In this document: positions 1-4,982 of the stretch, in pieces
Numbering within the stretch: the first letter of the stretch is position 1
Layout of the letters: each line of letters begins with the position of its first letter
DNA from: a metagenome
DNA: 9,514 nucleotides
Sequence record: Ga0181573_10006419
Strand: one strand, 5' to 3'
Program-made: the position numbers and the translations under genes
The notes under the pieces: model-generated
Seen by the model: only the letters and a program-made list of their open reading frames with translations
What the model was told of the DNA's origin: nothing
Databases searched by the model: none

Positions 1-13
1 CCCATCAATCTAC

Positions 14-127
14 GGGGATGTGGTCTAGTGGTATGATTCTCCCTTCGGGTCTCGTCGAACGACCCAGCGCTGAAGAGCGCTAGAATGAACATGGGAGAGG
101 CCCCGCGTTCGATTCGCGGCATCCCCC
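14..127 (+). tRNA. tRNA-Pro(CGG): tRNA-Pro, anticodon CGG, interrupted by a 42-nt intron at the canonical 37/38 position (intron about 50-91; the boundary can shift by 1 nt because t50 and t92 are both T)
   Basis: The cloverleaf folds by hand. Acceptor GGGGATG (14-20) pairs with CATCCCC (120-126), with discriminator C127. The D-arm GTCTAGTGGTATGATT is essentially identical to my recollection of eukaryotic cytosolic tRNA-Pro. Anticodon stem CTCCC (39-43) pairs with GGGAG (93-97). The anticodon loop is TTCGGG+T, giving CGG at 46-48. The T-arm is CCGCG TTCGATT CGCGG (103-119). The intron contains a perfect hairpin, AGCGCT-GAAG-AGCGCT (66-81). Confidence 0.93.
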
Positions 128-131
128 TGGA

Positions 132-137
132 TTTTTT
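132..137 (+). terminator. RNA polymerase III terminator (T6 run) directly after the tRNA
   Basis: TTTTTT lies 5 nt downstream of the discriminator base. This is the standard Pol III termination signal. Confidence 0.8.
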
Positions 138-156
138 ATATAGCGTTATCTCTCTT

Positions 157-331
157 TAAGTATGTGTCAAATGTCCGACTTTTATAACAAATGTTTAGTT
201 CCGGCATCCCCCTGGATTTACGGCGGACTAATCTATAATATGGTTCAACTGTCCGAATTGTATTAGAAATTATTTTACCAAGCAGAAATACGTACTTATA
301 ATATGACTCAAATGTCCGAATTCTAATACGT
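157..331. repeat. Three dispersed copies of a ~35-bp AT-rich motif (core TCAAaTGTCCGAaTT, preceded by TATAATATG in copies 2 and 3)
   Basis: The copies lie at about 157-190, 234-268 and 297-331, with cores at 167-178, 245-259 and 308-322. They sit in an AT-rich island (128-340) that is strongly out of character for the GC-rich window. Confidence 0.8.
193..219 (+). repeat. Orphan duplicate of the tRNA-Pro 3' end (T-loop remnant, 3' acceptor strand and first trailer bases)
   Basis: The 18-mer CGGCATCCCCCTGGATTT at 202-219 is identical to 117-134. Weaker similarity extends upstream: GTTTAGTTC against GTTCGATTCG of the T-loop. No 5' half, D-arm or anticodon arm accompanies it. Confidence 0.85.
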
Positions 332-410
332 TAGTGGATTTTTGTGTCGGTCCAATGTTTCGTCATCCACGCTGCGTACGCGTGCATCACACATACATCC
401 GTCTCTGGTG

Positions 411-415
411 TTACA
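411..415 (-). terminator. Putative UGUAA polyadenylation signal for the 501-1850 gene
   Basis: TTACA on the + strand reads TGTAA on the - strand, about 86 nt downstream of the TAG stop at 501-503. UGUAA is the known green-algal poly(A) signal. A pentamer match alone is weak evidence. Confidence 0.3.
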
Positions 416-500
416 AATAGTTGTTTTAATCTCGCGACGGTGCGGTACCGCATCGATGCCTACGTATCGCTGCACGACGTCGGGGACGTTCGGAGCCGCT

Positions 501-1850
501 CTACGCCGACGGTTGCGCCGACGCGCCTTCGACGCCAGCCGGGCGAGCGGCGGAAGCAGCCGCGCCGGCGGCGGAAGCAGCCGCTCGGCGCGCCGCCCGT
601 GAAGTTGTCGATCCGTGTAGTAATCGAAGCTTAGCTCGAGCCTCCACGTAGGCTGGAGACCGCCACGCGGAGACGCCTTGTCCGGGCGCGGGCGACAAAG
701 ATTCGGGCGACTTTGACGACGAACAAGTCTTCTTCGAGGCGCCGACCGAGTGAAATTCAAACTCTTTCGGAACCGTGGGTTCGGGCGTCCACGACGCGCC
801 GTCGAAACGGTTTAGAATTGCATTCTTTTCTTCTCGCAGGCGTCGCGCGCGCTCCTGGCGGGCGAGGTAGGCGTCCAATCCAGAAATTTCCACCGACGGC
901 GGAGTCGCCACCGAGTTCGGCTCGTCTTCGGCGACTCGAGTCGCCGCCGCCGTAACCTGCTGGGGGTGAAACGTGCAGTCGCGCACCTCATCCTCGAGCT
1001 TTGCCTCGCGCTCCGCCTCCAAGATGTGTTCCTTTCGGTCTGCCCAAATCTTTGAACGCTCGACAAACGACGTAGGCATCGAAGCCTTCTTCAAGAGCGC
1101 CTCTGAGAGCGCCCTCGATCGTCTACCGATGCGTGGCGTAAACGTGCACTCCTTCGCATCCTCGTCATCATCCTTCGTCTGCCGGTTTTCCTTCTTCTTC
1201 TTCTCGGCGACGACCCGTTTCGGCATCGATGGCGGCGTTTCGGCGGCGTTTTGTTTTTGCGCCTCGGCGCTTCTGGTGCCCAAATCGACTGGTTCCTTTG
1301 GCGTCGGCGTCAGCGTCGGCGTCTTCTTGGTAGCGGTGGCGCGCGCGCTCTCCCCCCGTCGACGCTGTTCCGCCGCCATGCGTCGACTCAACGCACCAAT
1401 CTTCGGCGTGAATGTGCACTCCTCGTCTACGTATGCGCTCCTCCTCGGACTCCTCGAACCAGCCCCGGCGTGCAACCGCTCCGTCGCCCGACGCAACGCC
1501 TCCCCGCTCAACACTAACGGCGTCGCCGCCGCTCTCGACGCCCCAGACGCGCGCGTCGTCTCCTCTACGAGTTTTTCCCTCGCCAACGATGCGCGCGTCG
1601 GTCGCGCCGCGCTCGTCGGGTGCCGCGTTGAAACCGAAACCGAGCTCGAACGCGCGATGGAACTCCCCGAAGGCGTCGTCGGCGTTCGCTCACCACTCCC
1701 GACGACGTCGTCTACAGAGCTTTCCCTTTCGAGCCACAACGAGTGTTGCTCGAGTTTATCCCGCCTGCGTCGGTCGAACGGTAGTGTCGCGTGCGTCAGT
1801 CGATCCGTGTTCGTGTTCGTTGGTTGAAATCCATTCATTCTTTCACTCAT
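501..1850 (-). CDS. Hypothetical Ser/Thr/Arg/Ala-rich protein (449 aa) with three [DE]-C-T-F-x-P repeats; function unknown
   Basis: This is the longest ORF on the - strand in this region. The track start at 2042 is TTG, and the first ATG is at 1848-1850 (MSERMNGFQP...). The stop is TAG at 501-503. Motif copies are EECTFTPKIG (1395-1421), KECTFTPRIG (1125-1151) and RDCTFHPQ (960-980), plus VPKEFEFH (750-773). I recognise no family. The C-terminal Ala-rich tail is less convincing as coding sequence. Confidence 0.62.
   Translation of the reverse strand: MSERMNGFQPTNTNTDRLTHATLPFDRRRRDKLEQHSLWLERESSVDDVVGSGERTPTTPSGSSIARSSSVSVSTRHPTSAARPTRASLAREKLVEETTRASGASRAAATPLVLSGEALRRATERLHAGAGSRSPRRSAYVDEECTFTPKIGALSRRMAAEQRRRGESARATATKKTPTLTPTPKEPVDLGTRSAEAQKQNAAETPPSMPKRVVAEKKKKENRQTKDDDEDAKECTFTPRIGRRSRALSEALLKKASMPTSFVERSKIWADRKEHILEAEREAKLEDEVRDCTFHPQQVTAAATRVAEDEPNSVATPPSVEISGLDAYLARQERARRLREEKNAILNRFDGASWTPEPTVPKEFEFHSVGASKKTCSSSKSPESLSPAPGQGVSAWRSPAYVEARAKLRLLHGSTTSRAARRAAASAAGAAASAARPAGVEGASAQPSA
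547..588. repeat. In-frame 21-bp tandem duplication (GCGGCGGAAGCAGCCGC + 4 nt, two copies)
   Basis: Positions 547-563 and 568-584 are identical 17-mers with a 21-bp period. They encode the AASAAGA/AASAARP repeat in the tail of the 501-1850 ORF. Confidence 0.8.
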
Positions 1851-1874
1851 TCGTCTGCGTTGATCGATCCGAGT

Positions 1875-1912
<38 letters not shown>

Positions 1913-2216
1913 GCACATCACCGCACACACGAGCGCATCTGGGGCGCGGTTGGCATCCAGCGCCGTCGACGCCGCCGTCGTAGCCATCGATCGATCGCAG
2001 TGACTCTGACTGAGGCGTCGCGTTTTGGCGTTTGTAGACCAAATATATGTAACTGTTTGTCCATACACTTTAGGACTCTCGTCGCAACTTCATAATTCAC
2101 GGATGCGCGGAGCGCGTCAGACGCCGACGCGCTCACCGACGCACGCCTCGCATCGGCATCTCGTCGTTCTCACTGTCGGCTCTGACCGAAACGACCGAAC
2201 CGAACCGCATCGGATC

Positions 2217-2765
2217 ATGCCGTGCCCGAAAGGAACGCGAACAAAGGGATTGACGCGCAAGTACCACCACAACGCGCGCGTGGCGGCTGTGAAGAAACGC
2301 GCGCGCACCGAAGCGTTCGTCGCCAAGGAGGCGTACATCGCGTCGAAGATGGCAGAACTTGAGGAGATGGAAAAGGCGACGGCGGTGAACGGGCAAACGT
2401 TGGACCGAAGGACGGAATTGGAGCGGGTGATGACGATTCGCGGGGAGTCGCCGGAACCGGAACCGAGGATAAAGCCGCGCGCGACGTTGGATGTCGGGGC
2501 GTATAAAGCGGCGGCGCGGGCGCAAGGGGCTGGGATGGTAGCTGGGGAAGAGGGTGAACACGTCGTGGCGTCGACGAGCGGTGGGGTTATTGGGAAGTTG
2601 ACGTTCGATGGAGGAGAAGAGGAGGATGGACGACGAGGGAAAAAGCGCGCCGCCGGGAAAGACGCCCGAGGAGGAGAGGACGCGGTGGTGCGGATAGGAA
2701 CCGCGGCGAGGAAGAAGAAGAAGAAGAATAAAAAGCTCAACGCGCGACGGGCGAGGCAGTGTTGA
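2217..2765 (+). CDS. Small Lys/Arg/Glu-rich protein (182 aa), possibly nucleolar or ribosome-biogenesis type; function unknown
   Basis: The track start at 2025 is TTG. In-frame ATGs lie at 2103 (context cggATGc) and 2217 (context atcATGc, with A at -3). I prefer 2217 (MPCPKGTRTKGLTRKYHHN...). If transcription starts upstream of 2103, the protein would carry 38 extra residues at the N-terminus. The sense strand is purine-rich with strongly G/C-biased third positions. The C-terminus has a KKKKKNKK basic tail. The stop is TGA at 2763-2765. Confidence 0.62.
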   Translation: MPCPKGTRTKGLTRKYHHNARVAAVKKRARTEAFVAKEAYIASKMAELEEMEKATAVNGQTLDRRTELERVMTIRGESPEPEPRIKPRATLDVGAYKAAARAQGAGMVAGEEGEHVVASTSGGVIGKLTFDGGEEEDGRRGKKRAAGKDARGGEDAVVRIGTAARKKKKKNKKLNARRARQC

Positions 2766-2814
2766 GAGAGACGATGACGAAATGATTTGTAGTGCTACCT
2801 AAAAACTAAAAACT

Positions 2815-2820
2815 AATAAA
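2815..2820 (+). terminator. AATAAA hexamer in the 60-bp AT-rich spacer between the convergent genes; possible poly(A) signal for the 2217-2765 gene
   Basis: AATAAA lies 50 nt after the TGA, within CTAAAAACTAAAAACTAATAAAA. It is only 5 nt from the stop of the opposing gene. Confidence 0.25.
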
Positions 2821-2825
2821 ATTCT

Positions 2826-4034
2826 CTAAGCCTCCTCTTCTTCATCCTCATCATCATCATCTTCATCATCATCAAGAACGACGTCCCTTTCGAGAGTCAA
2901 GACGCGGGATATTTGCTCCAAGTATGCGTAAAACTCGTCGTCCAATTCGGCGTCTGGCATCGCGGCGTACTTGTTGAGCGCGTCAAGCGCGTCCATCCAA
3001 CGCTCCGTCTTAAAGTAAAGTAAACCCATGGTTCGCGCGAGCGGTGCCCTGAGCGAATCGTACGGATTACACAGCGTCATGTACTCTGTGATTTGCAGCG
3101 CCGTGTCGTACTCTTCGAGACTAAAGTAAATCGACTTGAGATTACCGAGCATTCTCGTCAGAAATGCCTTTTTCCTCACCTCGGTTTGTTCAAAAAAGCT
3201 TCGCTCAATCTGCACCTTGGTGGTGCCCCCACCCAGGAATCCCGACGAATTTTTTGACAATATGTCCTCTACCTCTTCGATGAACAAGACGTCGCCGCGA
3301 TTAAAGGGATCGACGAGAATCGCGACGTCTTCCCCCGCCACGGGTCGACACAGCAGATGGCCCGGAATCCCGACATCCACCCACCCTCGCACGCCGTCCA
3401 CGCGCACGCGCTCCGCTATCTCCATGTAAATGAGACAAAGCGTGATAGGAATTCCAACTTTTCGCCGCAGCACGACGTCCACGCACGAGTTATCGGGGTC
3501 GTAGTAATCGTCAGAGTTGCCACGAAACCCGAGCTCATCCGCAAAGCACCGAGAAATCGTCTTGATTGTCCTCAGAGGGAACCGTTCGCCGTCCCCGAGC
3601 TCGCGCGAGACGCGCTCCTCGATCGCTCGTGCCATATCCTCAATCGTTTTCCGAACCTCTTCGACATTCAGGCTGGGGTTTTTATGCATGGCTACGTAGC
3701 ACGCCGCGGCGAGCAAGTCTATCTCTTCTTCATCTTTTCGCATCTCCGCCTCAAAGAGCGTCAACCCGCGCCTCTGCGCCGCCAACGCGCGCAACGCATC
3801 GTCGACCGACGACGACGACGATTTCTTTTCGCCCGTCTCGTCCGACGAATCGGAATCGTCGCGCGGCGCCAGCCACTGGTCGGCGTCGTTTCGACCGAAG
3901 AAGGACCTCGCCCGAGCCCTCGGCGCTCGAAGACGCCCTTCGCGTCGACGCCGAAGCGCGCGCGCGTCGACGTACCTCGCCGAGGACGTCGACACGACAC
4001 GCGACATCATCGTCGTCGTCGTCGTCGCACGCAT
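2826..4034 (-). CDS. SirB1/UPF0162-family protein (transglutaminase-like fold plus C-terminal TPR-like helices), with a Ser/Thr/Arg-rich N-terminal presequence and an acidic tail
   Basis: The start is a true ATG at 4032-4034 and the stop is TAG at 2826-2828 (402 aa). The family-typical block is GFRGNSDDYYDPDNSCVDVVLRRKVGIPITLCLIY, followed by ...ILVDPFNRG... and TPR-like helices (YDTALQITEYMTLCNPYD...GLLYFKTERWMDALDAL). The N-terminus MRATTTTTMMSRVVSTSSARY...RRRR looks like an organelle transit peptide, but that is inference. Confidence 0.87.
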   Translation of the reverse strand: MRATTTTTMMSRVVSTSSARYVDARALRRRREGRLRAPRARARSFFGRNDADQWLAPRDDSDSSDETGEKKSSSSSVDDALRALAAQRRGLTLFEAEMRKDEEEIDLLAAACYVAMHKNPSLNVEEVRKTIEDMARAIEERVSRELGDGERFPLRTIKTISRCFADELGFRGNSDDYYDPDNSCVDVVLRRKVGIPITLCLIYMEIAERVRVDGVRGWVDVGIPGHLLCRPVAGEDVAILVDPFNRGDVLFIEEVEDILSKNSSGFLGGGTTKVQIERSFFEQTEVRKKAFLTRMLGNLKSIYFSLEEYDTALQITEYMTLCNPYDSLRAPLARTMGLLYFKTERWMDALDALNKYAAMPDAELDDEFYAYLEQISRVLTLERDVVLDDDEDDDDEDEEEEA

Positions 4035-4085
4035 GTTTCGTCGCCCGAAACCAGACCGCGTCGGCGTGTGAAGAACCCGCGCTTC

Positions 4086-4090
4086 TTACA
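4086..4090 (-). terminator. Putative UGUAA poly(A) signal for CHMP6/VPS20
   Basis: TTACA on the + strand reads TGTAA on the - strand, 9 nt after the TAA stop (4099-4101) and 52 nt upstream of the next ATG (4034). Confidence 0.3.
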
Positions 4091-4098
4091 GCGGCTCT

Positions 4099-4767
4099 TT
4101 ACGCCGGCTCTGCGACGACGACTTTCATTTTCTGCGCCTCCGCCCCCAAGTCGGCGTGCTCTTCTACTACTTCTTCCTCTAACGCAACGCTTAACCCCTT
4201 CGGTGCGTCCGGGAGCTCGACCACGGCAGACTCCTCTTCCGCGGCGACCAACGCGGCGTATTCCTGGTCGACGTCTTCATCCGTCACCGGCGACGCCTCG
4301 CCCAAAACCTCAAACCACCGCTTAATCCTCCCCGCATCCGCCGCCAACGCCTCGACGTCTCCACACGCGGTTTGAATTTCCTTCAACGCCGCGTTTCCAC
4401 ACCTCAACGCGTCGAGCGTCGACTTGGTCGCCTGCGCGGCGTCAATCTCTCGCAGAGACGTCTCGCACGCCGACGCGAATCCCGCGAGCTTCGTTCTCAG
4501 CGCCTCTCGCGCGCGTTTTCCCGCGAGCGCGCGCTTGCACGACGTCACATCGCGCATTTCGCGAGCGAGCGCCAAGTCGGCGACGTCGCGGGCGATTTCG
4601 ACGTCGACGCGCGCGATGGTGGAGGTCATTCGCTCTCGAGTTTGTTTGAGCTCGAGCACGGCTCGGTCGACGTCGTTGACGCGAAGCGACGGCGGTGCGC
4701 GATCGGCGGCCGAAGACGACGACGCGGACGAGGACGAGGCGAGACACGCGGTGAGGGCGGCGCCCAT
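4099..4767 (-). CDS. CHMP6: ESCRT-III subunit CHMP6/Vps20 (Snf7 family), 222 aa, with an N-terminal Met-Gly myristoylation-type start
   Basis: The track start at 4833 is TTG, and the first ATG at 4765-4767 gives MGAALTAC.... The protein aligns by eye along its length with human CHMP6. VNDVDRAVLELKQTRERM matches VTEQDKAILQLKQQRDKL. GNAALKEIQ matches GNECLNKMHQ. The acidic C-terminus VTDEDVDQEYAAL...VELPDAP matches FTQEDEDAILEEL...IELPEVP. The stop is TAA at 4099-4101. Confidence 0.88.
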   Translation of the reverse strand: MGAALTACLASSSSASSSSAADRAPPSLRVNDVDRAVLELKQTRERMTSTIARVDVEIARDVADLALAREMRDVTSCKRALAGKRAREALRTKLAGFASACETSLREIDAAQATKSTLDALRCGNAALKEIQTACGDVEALAADAGRIKRWFEVLGEASPVTDEDVDQEYAALVAAEEESAVVELPDAPKGLSVALEEEVVEEHADLGAEAQKMKVVVAEPA

Positions 4768-4932
4768 GTCGAGTCGAGTCGGGGTCTGAAGAGATTGATT
4801 CTGATTCTGAATCGATGGATGCTCTTTTTGCAACTGTCTCGCGAAAGTTGGAAAAAGTGACTCTTCTGTCGGAGAGTTGATGATTTCTTTCGCGACCCGG
4901 GATGTCGCGCGCGCGTCGCCGGGCGGTTTAGA

Positions 4933-4937
4933 TTACA
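4933..4937 (-). terminator. Putative UGUAA poly(A) signal for the ATAD2-like gene
   Basis: TTACA on the + strand reads TGTAA on the - strand, 46 nt downstream of the TGA stop at 4983-4985, in a short AT-rich patch. Confidence 0.35.
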
Positions 4938-4982
4938 TTATATCGCGTGATGAATAATCGATGCGTGTTTACGCGCGCGGTA

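Noticed and set aside
323-760. A 145-aa - strand ORF overlapping the tail of the 501-1850 gene and running into the AT-rich island.
   Set aside because: It is Arg-rich junk-like sequence in an alternative frame of a better ORF. There is no evidence of a frameshift or intron joining it to the upstream coding region.
973-1827. A 284-aa + strand ORF antisense to the 501-1850 gene. The same applies to 1412-2095 (+), 2117-2740 (-), 3357-4325 (+), 3566-4375 (+), 4372-4860 (+), 6189-6980 (+) and 8325-8969 (+).
   Set aside because: These are shadow ORFs, typical of GC-rich DNA. Their translations are Arg/Ser/Pro/Ala-rich low complexity with no recognisable motifs. Each lies opposite an ORF with clear family signatures or better coding character.
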